From contig CAVUWD010000002.1 of the NCBI GenBank assembly GCA_963745025.1, positions 1-64,000 on the forward strand: a stretch of DNA of 64,000 nucleotides, read 5' to 3'. A model generated the notes under the pieces. The model was not told the DNA's origin and did no database searches. It worked only from the letters and a program-made list of their open reading frames with translations. A program made the position numbers and the translations under genes. Origin of the DNA: an uncultured delta proteobacterium. GTDB lineage: Bacteria > Desulfobacterota > Binatia > JACPRU01. This document shows positions 39,299 through 49,954 of the stretch, in pieces. Every line of letters starts with the position of its first letter. Positions within the stretch are counted from its first letter, which is position 1.

Positions 39299-41839
39299 AT
39301 GATGACCGACGAGCGTCAAGTGAGCGTGCAGCGCGTCGAGCCGGGGCTGCCGAGCCCGTGGCTGGTCGACCACGGTGGACCGGCACGGATCGCCAACCTC
39401 GACCTCCGACGCTTCTGGGTCACGCTGTACAAGCGGCGCTGGTTGATCGCCGCCGCGACGCTGGCCGTGGTGCTCGTCACCGGCTTGGTCGAGCGCTCCG
39501 CTCCCCTGATGTATTCGGCATCGGCGAAGATCCGCATCGACCCCGTGACGCCGACCCTCAGCAGCTTGAGCGACATCGCGTCGCTGATGGTCGACAGCTC
39601 CTACTATCAGACCGAATACGTGATCCTGCAGGGCGCCGCGCTCGCCGAGCGCGTCATCGACTCGCTCAGGCTGTATGACGACCCACGGTTCACGAATCCT
39701 CCGGCGGAAGTCGGTGTCGTGGCCGACGCGCACGACTCCGCCGTGCGCGCTTGGCGGGCATTGAAGAGGCGCTTGTCGTCGTTGGGCTTGCCGGTCGCTG
39801 CTCAACCGGCCCCTCAACGGCCGGCGACGATCGCCTCCGGCAACCGTGCCGAAACATGGGTCGGGACCTACCTCTCCGGCCTGACGATCAGCCCGATCGA
39901 GAACTCGCGGCTCGTGACCATCACGTATTCGAGCACGTCGCCGGAGCTCTCCGCGGCGATCGCCGACGAGCATGCCAAGCAGTTCATCCGCACCAGCCTC
40001 GAGGCGCGCGACGACCTGAACTCCGAGGCGCAAAAGATCCTCGAGAAGCGGCTCGAAGAGATACGCAAGCACTCCGAAGAGTCGGAAGCAAAACTGAACG
40101 AATTCCGGCGTCAGCATCGCGTGCTCGCCGTCGGTGGAAGCGAGAAGGAGAACGTCGCGCTCGAGCAGCTGTCGGCGCTGAGCGCCGACTACGCGAAGGC
40201 GCAATCGGAACGCATCGCGGCGGAATCGGACTACACGCTGGTCAAGAAGCGCCGCTACGACCAGCTCGCCAGCGTGCAGCGCGACCCGACCTACAACGCT
40301 CTGAAGGATCAGCTCGAGCAGCTTCGAGGCGACTACGATCGGCAGCTGCAGATCTACAAGCCGACCTATCCGAAGATGGTCGAGCTCTCGGGACAGATCT
40401 CGCGCCTCGAGGCGCGCGTCGGCGAGCAGATCCATAAGAGCGTGGCCGGAGTCGAATCCCAGTATCTCGCAGCCAAGGAGAGGGAGAACGCTCTCGCCGC
40501 GGAAATCGAGAAGCAGCGCAAGGCGGTTCTCGACGTCAACGATCTCGGCGTCGAGTACCAGGTCTTGTACCGCGAGGCCGAGGCCAACCGCGAGCTCTAC
40601 AAGAATATAGTGACGCGGGCGAGCGAGGCGGCGATCGCCGGCACGATCGAAACCAGCAACATCCGCGTCGTCGAGCACGCCGCGCTGCCGCGCTCGCCGT
40701 CGCTTCTCGGCGTCCGGCGGAACCTGTCGCGCGCATTGTTTCTTGGGCTGCTCTTCGGCATCGCGCTCGCTTTCGGCCTCGAGTACCTCGACAGCACGGT
40801 CAAGAATCCGGACGACGCCGAGGCGCTGCTCCGGCTGCCGACACTGGCCGTCGTGCCGAACTTCTCCTATCGCGATTCCTCGATGAACGCGGAAAACGGT
40901 TCCGCCTGGCGGCGTTGGCTCGCTCCGCCCAAGATGGCTCGTCGTCGCCGCAAGCACGTGATCGTCCTACGCCGCGACGAGCAATTGGACGCGCTGGCGC
41001 AGGACGTCGTCCGAGGCGAAGTGGAGCCCGGAGCGACGCCTCACGACATCATCGTAGTCGAGCGTCCCCACTCGGTCATGGCCGAGGCGTACCGCACGCT
41101 GCGCACCGCGGTGCTGCTGAGCAGCGCGGACAATCCGCCGCGCCTCATCCAGCTCACCTCGTCGAGCAGCCGCGAGGGCAAGACGGTGACGAGCATCAAC
41201 ACCGCCTTCACGCTCGCTCAGTCCGGCGCGCGCGTGCTGCTCCTCGACGCGGACCTTCGCCGGCCTCGCTGCCACCGCGCGGTCGGCGCGGTGCGCGCCC
41301 CCGGCCTGGTCGACTATCTCGTCGGGCATTCGCCGCTCGAGCAGTGCGTGCGCCAGCTGGCGCTCGACGGCAGCGGTTGGCATGCCGTGCCGGCCGTCGG
41401 TCTCGACAACGGCAACGGTCGCGCCAATGGCGACGGCAAGGTCAACCGGTTTCTCGTCGGCCGCGTCGATCTGCTTCCATCGGGAACGCCGGCGCCCAAT
41501 CCCGCCGAGCTTCTCGGGAGCGAGCGGATGAAGGAAACCCTCCAGCAGCTCCGGGAAGCCTACGACTACGTGGTCGTCGACTCGCCGCCGGTGCTGCCGG
41601 TCGCCGACAGCGTCATCCTCGGCACCATGGTCGACGCGCTCGTTCTCGTCATCAAGGGGCAGGCGACCTCCAAGGAGATGGTGCGGCAGGCGTATTCCAA
41701 GCTCGCGCGCTTGAACGTCCACGTCATCGGCAGCGTGCTGAACGACGTCGACGTGACGAGCGGCGATTACTACTACTACCGCGGGTACTACGCCTCGTAC
41801 GGGGGCTACCTCGAGGACCACCTGCAGCAGCGACCCTGA
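39299..41839 (+). CDS. wzc: Polysaccharide copolymerase tyrosine autokinase
   Basis: Two TMs with coiled-coil periplasmic region, AEAYRTLRT, SSSREGKT, DADLRRP, PNPAELL, VVVDSPP, Tyr cluster DYYYYRGYYASYGGY. Confidence 0.95.
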   Translation: MMTDERQVSVQRVEPGLPSPWLVDHGGPARIANLDLRRFWVTLYKRRWLIAAATLAVVLVTGLVERSAPLMYSASAKIRIDPVTPTLSSLSDIASLMVDSSYYQTEYVILQGAALAERVIDSLRLYDDPRFTNPPAEVGVVADAHDSAVRAWRALKRRLSSLGLPVAAQPAPQRPATIASGNRAETWVGTYLSGLTISPIENSRLVTITYSSTSPELSAAIADEHAKQFIRTSLEARDDLNSEAQKILEKRLEEIRKHSEESEAKLNEFRRQHRVLAVGGSEKENVALEQLSALSADYAKAQSERIAAESDYTLVKKRRYDQLASVQRDPTYNALKDQLEQLRGDYDRQLQIYKPTYPKMVELSGQISRLEARVGEQIHKSVAGVESQYLAAKERENALAAEIEKQRKAVLDVNDLGVEYQVLYREAEANRELYKNIVTRASEAAIAGTIETSNIRVVEHAALPRSPSLLGVRRNLSRALFLGLLFGIALAFGLEYLDSTVKNPDDAEALLRLPTLAVVPNFSYRDSSMNAENGSAWRRWLAPPKMARRRRKHVIVLRRDEQLDALAQDVVRGEVEPGATPHDIIVVERPHSVMAEAYRTLRTAVLLSSADNPPRLIQLTSSSSREGKTVTSINTAFTLAQSGARVLLLDADLRRPRCHRAVGAVRAPGLVDYLVGHSPLEQCVRQLALDGSGWHAVPAVGLDNGNGRANGDGKVNRFLVGRVDLLPSGTPAPNPAELLGSERMKETLQQLREAYDYVVVDSPPVLPVADSVILGTMVDALVLVIKGQATSKEMVRQAYSKLARLNVHVIGSVLNDVDVTSGDYYYYRGYYASYGGYLEDHLQQRP

Positions 41840-41879
41840 GCCGGATCCGGAAGCCGACGCGGAGCGGATCGCGCTCTCC

Positions 41880-42830
41880 GTGATCGTGGTGAGCTGGAAC
41901 ACCAAGGCACTGCTGCGCAGGTGCCTGGTCTCGGTCGGCCGATTCCTCTCGAGCGTGCCGCATGAGGTGCTGGTCGTCGACAACGCCTCGCGCGACGGCT
42001 CGGCCGACATGGTCGCGGAGGAGTTTCCAGAGGCGCGACTCTTCCGCAACCCCGAGAACCTCGGCTTCGGCCGCGCCAACAATCAGGCGATGGCGGTGGC
42101 GCGGGGAGAGTTCTTCCTGCTGCTCAACAGCGATGCCGAGTTGCTCGACGACGGCGCCGCACGATTGCTCGAACGGGTGCGGGCACGCCCCGAGGTCGGC
42201 GTCGCCGGGCTCCGCATCCTGCGGCCGGACGGCCGGGTGCAGGCGAGCGCGCGCCGCTTTCCCACCTTGCGCCGCCTCTGCGTCGCCGGATTCTGGCTGA
42301 ACCGCGTTCTACCCCGTCCCGTCACCGAGGATCTCCTGCTCGGCCACTACTGGGACCACTGCGGGGAGCGCGAGGCGGACTGGGTGATCGGCGCTTGCAT
42401 GCTCGTGCGCGGCGAAGTCTTTCGCGAGACCGGCGGCTTCGATCCTTCGATATTCCTCTATGGCGAGGAGGTCGAATGGTGCTACCGCATCCGCGAGCGC
42501 GGCTGGAAAGTGCTGTTCTCCCCGGTCGGCAGCATCCTTCATCTCGACCACCAGAGCGCGAACCAGCTGCTCCAGGAAGCCGGCCGCGTCGACCTCTGCC
42601 TGATCGCGGAGGACGCGCTCATCGCGCGCTGGGAGGGTCCGTTGGCCGCCGCACTGGTGCCGCCGGCGCGCATCGGCGCGGCGCTGCTGCGCATCGGCGT
42701 CTTCGGGCTACGCGGCTTGCTCGGCCGTGACGATGCGTATGGGCGCGACGTGCGGAGCGAGGCGCGGGGGGTGCTGGGACACTACCGGCGCCGCTGGCTC
42801 GGTGGGGCCGGGGGAGCCGAGGCCTTGTGA
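41880..42830 (+). CDS. Glycosyltransferase family 2 (WbbL-like); true start probably slightly upstream
   Basis: VIVVSWN, VVDNASRDGS, NLGFGRANN, LLLNSD, FLYGEE. Confidence 0.92.
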   Translation: MIVVSWNTKALLRRCLVSVGRFLSSVPHEVLVVDNASRDGSADMVAEEFPEARLFRNPENLGFGRANNQAMAVARGEFFLLLNSDAELLDDGAARLLERVRARPEVGVAGLRILRPDGRVQASARRFPTLRRLCVAGFWLNRVLPRPVTEDLLLGHYWDHCGEREADWVIGACMLVRGEVFRETGGFDPSIFLYGEEVEWCYRIRERGWKVLFSPVGSILHLDHQSANQLLQEAGRVDLCLIAEDALIARWEGPLAAALVPPARIGAALLRIGVFGLRGLLGRDDAYGRDVRSEARGVLGHYRRRWLGGAGGAEAL

Positions 42831-42988
42831 GAACCTCCCCGGAGACAGCGCACGCTTCCATCTGTAGGTCGCTGCGGCGACCCGTGACCGCATCTACGGT
42901 CTCGCGTTCTCTCTCCGCGGCGAAGACGCGTTCAACGTCCTCCCGCGCGTGACACCGCGCGGCGACACTGTGCTCAGCTCGGGCTGCG

Positions 42989-43996
42989 ATGAGGGAAGGA
43001 GCACTCAAGACGTGGCTTTTCCGTGCCGCGACTGAGCTTCGTTTGCCGGCAATCGCTGGGGCGTGGATCCGTGGGGTGCCCATTCTCGCCTACCACGGAG
43101 TTACGGCCAGCCCCTCATTACCGCTCGCCAATCTTCGCCGCTTGCACGTTCCGGCTCCGCGCTTCGAGGAGCATTTGCGAGTGCTCAGCTCGGAGTGGCA
43201 CCCAGTCGCGCTGCGTGATCTCGTCGAGGCGATCGAGGCTCGCCGGCAACTTCCGGCTCAGAGCGTTGTGGTCACGTTCGACGATGGCTACCGGAACGTC
43301 CTCACGACTGCTCTACCATTGCTGCGCCAGTACTCCGTCCCCGCGACTGTGTTCGTCGTGACTCACAACGCGCGCCGCATGTGGGAGGACGAGGTCGAGG
43401 TGGCGGTGGAACTCGCCGAGGTCGAGGCGCTTCGCTGGAACGGGGCCGTATACGGGCTGCACTCGCTTGAAGAGAAGCGCCGTACGCTGGCAGCCGTCAT
43501 GACGGCGTTGCAGCATCTCGGTCCGGCGCGCGAGCGCGCGATAGAAGAGCTGGTGAAGGCGCTCGGGGCGCAGTGCTTTCCGAAGGATGACGATCGCGAC
43601 CTTCTCGATTGGGAAGAGGTCACCACGCTGCAACACGAGGGCGTGGAGATCGGCTCGCACGCCGACAGGCACGATCCCCTGACGGAGCGGGCGATCCCCG
43701 ACGTGCGAGCGGGGCTCTGCAAGAGCCACGAGGCGCTCGCGAGCCACCTCGGCCCGCGACGCTACCCGCTTGCGTATCCGTACGGCGCCAGTGGCGACGC
43801 AATCTCCGCGGCGGCCCGCGACGCGGGCTTCTCCTGCGCCGTGATCAGTCGGCCGGGATTCAACGACTCGAAGGCGGACCTCTTCGCCCTCAAGCGGTTC
43901 CTGATCGGCGCCGACGACGACGAGCTCCGGCTGCGCGCTTCGCTGTCGGGACTGCGGGCCCTTGGTCAGTCGGGCCGCGCCTGGGGCCTCGCATGA
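42989..43996 (+). CDS. Polysaccharide deacetylase (CE4)
   Basis: ILAYHGV, VTFDDGY, EIGSH, LAYPYG. Confidence 0.9.
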   Translation: MREGALKTWLFRAATELRLPAIAGAWIRGVPILAYHGVTASPSLPLANLRRLHVPAPRFEEHLRVLSSEWHPVALRDLVEAIEARRQLPAQSVVVTFDDGYRNVLTTALPLLRQYSVPATVFVVTHNARRMWEDEVEVAVELAEVEALRWNGAVYGLHSLEEKRRTLAAVMTALQHLGPARERAIEELVKALGAQCFPKDDDRDLLDWEEVTTLQHEGVEIGSHADRHDPLTERAIPDVRAGLCKSHEALASHLGPRRYPLAYPYGASGDAISAAARDAGFSCAVISRPGFNDSKADLFALKRFLIGADDDELRLRASLSGLRALGQSGRAWGLA

Positions 43997-44751
43997 GTGT
44001 GGCGAGCGGTGCCGGGATGTATCGACGACCGGAGATCGTTGCCTACTACGATCGCCACCAGGATTTGCAGGGCGCAGAGCGCCTGCTCTTTGATCGCTAC
44101 GTCAAACCGGGCGCCGAGATCCTCGACCTCGGCGTCGGCGCCGGACGGACGACCCCTCACCTCGCTCGGATAGCTTCACGCTACGTCGGCGTCGATTGCT
44201 CCGACGCGATGGTCGCGCGCTGCCGCGAGAGGTTCCCCGACCTCGAGGTTCTTCAGCTCGACGCGACAGACCTTTCGGCCATCGAAGCCGGCTCCTTCGA
44301 CACGGTTGTTTTCTCTTTCAACGGCATCGACGACATTCCCACCCGCGAAGGCCGTCGGTGCTGCCTCGCGGAGTGCGCGCGCGTGCTGCGGTCGAACGGC
44401 TGCTTTCTCTTCTCCGTGCACAATCCGCGCTACCTCGTCTTCGCCCCGCAGCTCGACGGCGTTGGGCCGATGCGGGCGGCGTGGCGGCTCAGCTACGCGG
44501 CGCTGCATACCGCCGCGTGTGTCGCGACTCGACTGCCTTCAACGGCGTTCTGGCGGGGATCGGGGTACGTTTTCGATCCGATGGGCCCAGCGATCGCCAA
44601 GATTTACGTCGCCGCCCCTGACGAAGTGAGCCGCGAGCTAGCCGAGGCGGGCCTCGAGGTTGATCAGCGAGTCCCTGGGCAGTTCCCTCGCGGCGGCGGC
44701 CGCTTCCGCACCCCCTGGTACTACTATGCGTGCGTCAAGCGCGGCGATTGA
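43993..44751 (+). CDS. Class I SAM-dependent methyltransferase
   Basis: ILDLGVGAGRTT, FSFNGID, RVLRSNG, FSVHNP. Confidence 0.9.
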   Translation: MSVASGAGMYRRPEIVAYYDRHQDLQGAERLLFDRYVKPGAEILDLGVGAGRTTPHLARIASRYVGVDCSDAMVARCRERFPDLEVLQLDATDLSAIEAGSFDTVVFSFNGIDDIPTREGRRCCLAECARVLRSNGCFLFSVHNPRYLVFAPQLDGVGPMRAAWRLSYAALHTAACVATRLPSTAFWRGSGYVFDPMGPAIAKIYVAAPDEVSRELAEAGLEVDQRVPGQFPRGGGRFRTPWYYYACVKRGD

Positions 44752-45670
44752 GGGCGGCAGAGCGGCGGCGCCGGGCGGCTACGTTCCGCTCGCGCTCCAG
44801 CCCGACTGGGTTCTCGAGCGCTACTACGGCTGGTCGGTCCTACACCACGACTCCTGCCTGAAACTCCTCGCGCGTCGCTCGTCTCCGGTAGCTCGGTATC
44901 TGTTGCTCGCCAAAGGCGTGTCTCGCGAGCGAGTCGATGAGGTTATCGCATCTCATCACATCTTTCGGGCGGCGAGCATCGTGTCGTTCAACGACTTCTC
45001 GGGGACCGACAGTGAGCGGACCCGCGCCGTCGCTGGACGAACGATGCGTCGAGTGAGCGGCTCTCGATGGTTCGGCATCGGGACATTCGTGCTCGATCTG
45101 GACGAGGAGGAACCCGCTCTCTGGCGCAGGATCACCGCTCGCGAGCGCGGCAACTGCGAGAGCGCGGGCCGGCGGGGAGTGCGGATCGAGCTAACCAAGC
45201 GTCCGTCGCGGCACGAGCTCAACCACTTTCTGAAGCTCTACGAGCCAATGGCCCGTGAGCGCGGGCTCGAGCGTATCGGTGAGGAATTTGTCAACGCAAT
45301 CTCGGGCTCGGAATCCTTCACGCTTGCACGCTGCCTCGATACCGCTGGTCGAACGGCCATTGCGAACCTAGTCTACCGCGCCCACGATCAGGGCTATTTC
45401 TTGGCAAGCGCGCGAGCGGCTGAGACGCCGGCCGGTGGTGGGCGCCTAGTCCATTGGGAGGTCGCAAGACAGCTCAAACGTGAGCGGTACCGCTTCTATG
45501 ATCTCGGCCTGGTCGCGAGCCTCGACCGCGCAGATGGAATCTCCAGTTTCAAGCGCTCTCTCGGCGGCGCGTTCGTCTCTTCGGGGGCCGAATTCGAATG
45601 GGTCTCGCCGCTACTCGCGCCCTTGGTGAAGCTCTTCGAGCTGCGGAGGATGGCGTATGCGTCTCGCTAG
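44726..45670 (+). CDS. FemAB-like/GNAT-fold protein
   Basis: FVLDLDEEEPALW, LVHWEVARQLK, FYDLG, GISSFKRSLGG. Confidence 0.7.
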   Translation: MRASSAAIEGGRAAAPGGYVPLALQPDWVLERYYGWSVLHHDSCLKLLARRSSPVARYLLLAKGVSRERVDEVIASHHIFRAASIVSFNDFSGTDSERTRAVAGRTMRRVSGSRWFGIGTFVLDLDEEEPALWRRITARERGNCESAGRRGVRIELTKRPSRHELNHFLKLYEPMARERGLERIGEEFVNAISGSESFTLARCLDTAGRTAIANLVYRAHDQGYFLASARAAETPAGGGRLVHWEVARQLKRERYRFYDLGLVASLDRADGISSFKRSLGGAFVSSGAEFEWVSPLLAPLVKLFELRRMAYASR

Positions 45671-46838
45671 CTCTGCGGTCGGCGCGGGTGTGGCGCAGCA
45701 TCAGCGCCTAGGCGCCGCTCGCTCGCGAGACTGGCGCTGCTTGCTCGTTGGCGTATCGGGGCACGGTGGCGAGGAGGTCTATTCCACCCTGCTGCGCGAT
45801 CACGTGCCCGAGGGATTCCGCTCGGTCGCGACGTTCGACTTCCACTCCTCCTGCGGGCTCGGCCGCTGCCGCGTCCTTCAGGAGATCGCGCTCAATCGCC
45901 TCGCGCATCCGCTGGTGCCCTTTGACATGGGGTTCCGTGTCCTCGACGTGGCTCGCGAGGCCGACCTCGTGCACGTGCACACCCACCCGACCGTCTTGCG
46001 TGGCCTCGGCGCGCGGCCCGTCGTGTACAGCGCGGGCTCGAGCCACTACCACTACGTTCGCTACTACGAGGGCTGGAGCGAAGAGCGGATCGATGCAGCC
46101 TACGCGCGAGCGCGCCGGCTTTACCGTAGGCTCGGCGTGCTCGATGCGCTGCTCAACCACGAGCGCATCACGCTTGCTTACACGTTTTCGAGCTGGGCGC
46201 GCGAAAGGTATCTGCAGGAGGGCGTGCCCGAGTGGAAGATCCGCGTCCTTCCTCCGGGCTTCGACATCTCCGAGCCGCCCGTTCGAGCCGCGAGGTCGAC
46301 GGTCACGTTTCTGTTTCTCGGGCGCCAGCCGAGGCGGAAGGGTGGAGACGCCGTCCTCGAAGCGTTTGCGCGGCTGCGCGCTTCGCGTCCGGAAGCGCGG
46401 CTTCTCTACGTGAGCGATGAATTGCCCGCGCCGCCCACGAAAGGTGTGGAGCCGAGGCCGCTGGTGCCCGCGGCGGAGGTCGGCGCGCTCTACCGCGCGG
46501 CCGACGTGTTCGTAAATCCAACCCGCGCCGAGGGATTCGGGTTCACCAACGTCGAAGCGCAGGGACACGGCCTGCCGGTCATCAGCAGCCGGCTCGGGGC
46601 GATCCCGGAGGTGGTCGAAGACGGGCGAACGGGCATCCTGCTCGACCCGCAGAGGCCGGACGAGCTCCTCTCGGCCATGGAGCGATTCGCGGCGGACGGC
46701 ACGATGCGCCGCGCGATGGCTGCGGCGGCCCGCCGCCGGTTCGACGAGCGCTTCTCCCTCTCCGTCTTCCGCTCGGCGCTGCGAGATCTGTACCAAGAAG
46801 CCACGGAACGGGCCCAAGCAGGCGCGCGCCATGACTGA
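45657..46838 (+). CDS. Glycosyltransferase family 4
   Basis: FLGRQPRRKG, ADVFVNPTRAEGFGFTNVEA, GAIPEVV. Confidence 0.92.
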   Translation: MRLASSAVGAGVAQHQRLGAARSRDWRCLLVGVSGHGGEEVYSTLLRDHVPEGFRSVATFDFHSSCGLGRCRVLQEIALNRLAHPLVPFDMGFRVLDVAREADLVHVHTHPTVLRGLGARPVVYSAGSSHYHYVRYYEGWSEERIDAAYARARRLYRRLGVLDALLNHERITLAYTFSSWARERYLQEGVPEWKIRVLPPGFDISEPPVRAARSTVTFLFLGRQPRRKGGDAVLEAFARLRASRPEARLLYVSDELPAPPTKGVEPRPLVPAAEVGALYRAADVFVNPTRAEGFGFTNVEAQGHGLPVISSRLGAIPEVVEDGRTGILLDPQRPDELLSAMERFAADGTMRRAMAAAARRRFDERFSLSVFRSALRDLYQEATERAQAGARHD

Positions 46839-47841
46839 AGCGAATCATCCAGCGAGCGCAGAGCGCACCCTCGTGTCCGTGGTCATCGTCAACTGGAATA
46901 CGAGGGACCTCCTCGAGGATTGCATCGCTTCCGTGGAGAGACATCTCGTGGGAACGCCGCACGAGGTGATCGTCGTCGACAACGGCTCCACCGACGGATC
47001 GGCGGAGTTCGTTGCCAGGCGTTTTCCCGAGACTCGGCTCCTGACGAACTCCGAGAACCTCGGATTCGGCCGGGCCAATAATCAAGGAATGGCGGTCGCC
47101 TGCGGCGACTTCCTGCTGCTCCTGAACAGCGACGCGCGTCTGCCGGACGGGTCGGTTCGCGCGCTGCTCGAGTTGCTGCGCGACAGGCCCGACGTGGGCG
47201 TGGTCGGTCCGCGCCTCGAAGACGCGACCGGCAATCTCCAGCCGAGTGCCTATCGCTTCGGCTCCATCCCTCTGATGCTCGTCGAGGAGCTCGGCCTCTA
47301 CAAGCTACTGCCCCGCGAGCGCGCGGCAAGCCTACTGCTCGGCGGCTACTGGAGCCACGACGCGGAGCGGCCCGTCGACTGGATCGTCGGTGCCTGCATG
47401 CTGGTTCGCGCCGAGGTGTTCCGCGCGACCGGCGGTTTCGATCCGAGCATCTTCCTGTACGGCGAGGAGGAAGAGTGGTGCGCCAGGATCGCCGCCGCCG
47501 GATGGCGCATCGTCTACTCGCCGCGCGCGCGGGTCACGCACCTCGGCCACCAGACCACGCGGAGGTTCTTCGGGGAGACCTCGCGGGTCGAGCGCTGTCT
47601 GGAAGCGTCCGACAGGTTGCTTGCGCGCCGCAGCGGATTGGCGGGCTCGGTCGCCGGCCCGGCCGTACGCGTCGCGGGGGCGCTCCTCAAATTAGCGAAA
47701 ATCTCCGTCGCGCGCTCGATCGGCCGCGCGCGTGCGAGCGACGCTGAAGTGCGTGCGCTCGCCACCACTGTGCTGCGTTACTACGGGCGGCAACTTCGCT
47801 GGCAGAGATCGGCGATCGGAGCCGATCCCGGGACACGATAG
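46831..47841 (+). CDS. Glycosyltransferase family 2 (paralog of 41880-42830)
   Basis: VSVVIVNWN, VVDNGSTDGS, NLGFGRANN, LLLNSD, GGFDPSIFLYGEE. Confidence 0.92.
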   Translation: MTEANHPASAERTLVSVVIVNWNTRDLLEDCIASVERHLVGTPHEVIVVDNGSTDGSAEFVARRFPETRLLTNSENLGFGRANNQGMAVACGDFLLLLNSDARLPDGSVRALLELLRDRPDVGVVGPRLEDATGNLQPSAYRFGSIPLMLVEELGLYKLLPRERAASLLLGGYWSHDAERPVDWIVGACMLVRAEVFRATGGFDPSIFLYGEEEEWCARIAAAGWRIVYSPRARVTHLGHQTTRRFFGETSRVERCLEASDRLLARRSGLAGSVAGPAVRVAGALLKLAKISVARSIGRARASDAEVRALATTVLRYYGRQLRWQRSAIGADPGTR

Positions 47842-47850
47842 GCATTCGTC

Positions 47851-49100
47851 GTGCACCGCGTCCTTATGATCCACTACAACTTCCCGCCGCTCGGCGGAGT
47901 CGCCAGCCTGCGGGCGGCGAAGATGGCGCGTTACCTCGAAGAGTTCGGCTGGGCGCCGATCATCGTTGCGCCGCAGGCGGCGGCGTATCACGAGGACTGG
48001 AGCCTCGCCGTTCGCGACGCCCAGGTGATTCGCACGGCGAGCCTCGAGTGGGCGAAGACCGGCAAGCGCACGGCGCCGATGGCCGGAGTGAACGGGGCGG
48101 CGAAGTCGCCCGCCCGAATTTCCGACGCCCTGAGGACCTGGTGCACCGCGCGCTCTACGTTCCGGATGCGCAGATCGGCTGGTATCCCTTCGCGCTGCGC
48201 TCCGCGCGGCGGGCGATGCGTGAAGAGCGCGTCGACGCCCTTTTCTCCTCGTCGCCTCCGGTGAGCGCTCACCTGATCGCGCGACGCCTCCACCGCGAGT
48301 CGGGCGTCCCGTGGATCGCCGAGTTCCGCGATCTGTGGACGGACTGGCGGTGGAACGGGGCCTGGCGGCAGAGGATCGACGATCGATTCGAAAGGACGAT
48401 CGTCGAAACGGCGACCGGCGTGGTGACCGTCTCGCCGACCTACGCGTCGGTTCTCCAGAGTCGTGGAGCGCGGGCCGTCTGCACGATCACGAACGGGTTC
48501 GATCCGGAAGATTTTTCCGCCACCAACGGTACTCGAGCACGACGTGCTGACGTACGTGGGCGACGTACTACCCGCACAGTCAGGACCTCGGCACGATCCT
48601 GACCGCGTTCGGAAGCCTGAAGCAGGAAGGCCAGCTCCCGCGCTGTCGATTGCAGATCGTCGGCGACTTCCCGTACGAGCTCGCCCACCTGATCGACGAG
48701 ACGCGGCTCGGCGCATCGGTGGAGTGGACCGGGATTCGTTTCACACGAGGAATCGATCCGCCGAATCCTCGCGTCGCGCGCGCTGCTCCTGGCCGGGTCG
48801 GTCGTGTCGGACGAACCGGCGCTGCGTGGTCACATTCCCGGCAAGACCTTCGAGTACCTCGGGTCCGGCAAGCCGATCGTGTTCGCCGGGGATCTGGCGA
48901 GCGACGTCGCACAACTGCTGCGCCCGTTCCCTCAGGCGCGCATGGTCGGTCTCGGCGATGTCTGACGCCGCTCGGGCCGCGCTGCGGTCGCTCGAAGAGG
49001 ATTCCGCCTGCGCACGGCGCCGGTACATTGGAGCGCGTTCACGCACCGCTGTCTCAGCGAGTCGCTCGCGCGATATCTGACCGAGGTCTGCGACCGATGA
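47851..49100 (+). CDS. Glycosyltransferase family 4 (frameshifted)
   Basis: YNFPPLGG..R..K, PDAQIGW, SSPPVSAH, EFRDLW, ITNGFD, IPGKTFEYLG across frames. Confidence 0.82.
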
Positions 49101-49954
49101 CCGAGATCGCCACGACTCCGGCGTCGGCCGACGATCTGCCTCTGCTGCGCATCCGTCCCTCTTCGGCCAGTCTCCCGACGGCACTCGGCGAGCTCTGGGC
49201 GCACCGCGAGCTGCTCGTCTTCTTCGCCTGGCGCGACCTCAAGGTGCGCTACAAGCAGACGGCGCTCGGCGTGGCGTGGGCGGTGCTGCAGCCGCTTTTC
49301 ATGATGGTCGTCTTCAGCGTGTTCTTCGGGAACCTCGCGAAGGTCTCGTCGGATGGGTTGCCCTATCCGATCTTCGCTTACTGCGGGCTGTTGCCGTGGC
49401 AGCTCTTCGCCTACGCGCTCATCAATGCGGCGAACAGTTTGGTGGTGAACGAGCGGCTGGTGACGAAGGTGTACTTCTCGCGGGTGACGCTCCCCGTCTC
49501 TTCCGTGCTCGCCGGGCTCGTCGACTTCGCGATTGCCTTCGTCCTGCTTCTCGCCCTGATGGCGTACTACGGCTGCGCTCCATCTCCGGCCATTCTCGCG
49601 CTGCCGTTCTTCCTGCTTCTGGCAATCGGTGCCGCCATCGCTGTCGGCCTCGGCCTCTCGGCGCTGAACGTTCGCTACCGCGACGTCCGCTACACGCTGC
49701 CGTTTCTGACGCAGGTCTGGCTGTTCGCCACGCCGATCGCTTACCCGAGCAGTCTCGTGCCTGATCGATGGCGGCCTCTGTATGCTCTCAATCCGATGGT
49801 GAGCGTCGTGGACGGCTTCCGCTGGGCGCTGCTCGGTGCCCCGCGGCCGCTCGCGACGACGGTCGCCGTGTCGTCCCTGGTGGTCGTCGCCGGGCTCTTC
49901 GCGAGCCTGCGATATTTCGTGCGCGTCGAGCGCAGCTTCGCCGACGTGGTGTGA
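49097..49954 (+). CDS. wzm: Polysaccharide ABC transporter permease
   Basis: [44 protein letters not shown]. Confidence 0.95.
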   Translation: MTEIATTPASADDLPLLRIRPSSASLPTALGELWAHRELLVFFAWRDLKVRYKQTALGVAWAVLQPLFMMVVFSVFFGNLAKVSSDGLPYPIFAYCGLLPWQLFAYALINAANSLVVNERLVTKVYFSRVTLPVSSVLAGLVDFAIAFVLLLALMAYYGCAPSPAILALPFFLLLAIGAAIAVGLGLSALNVRYRDVRYTLPFLTQVWLFATPIAYPSSLVPDRWRPLYALNPMVSVVDGFRWALLGAPRPLATTVAVSSLVVVAGLFASLRYFVRVERSFADVV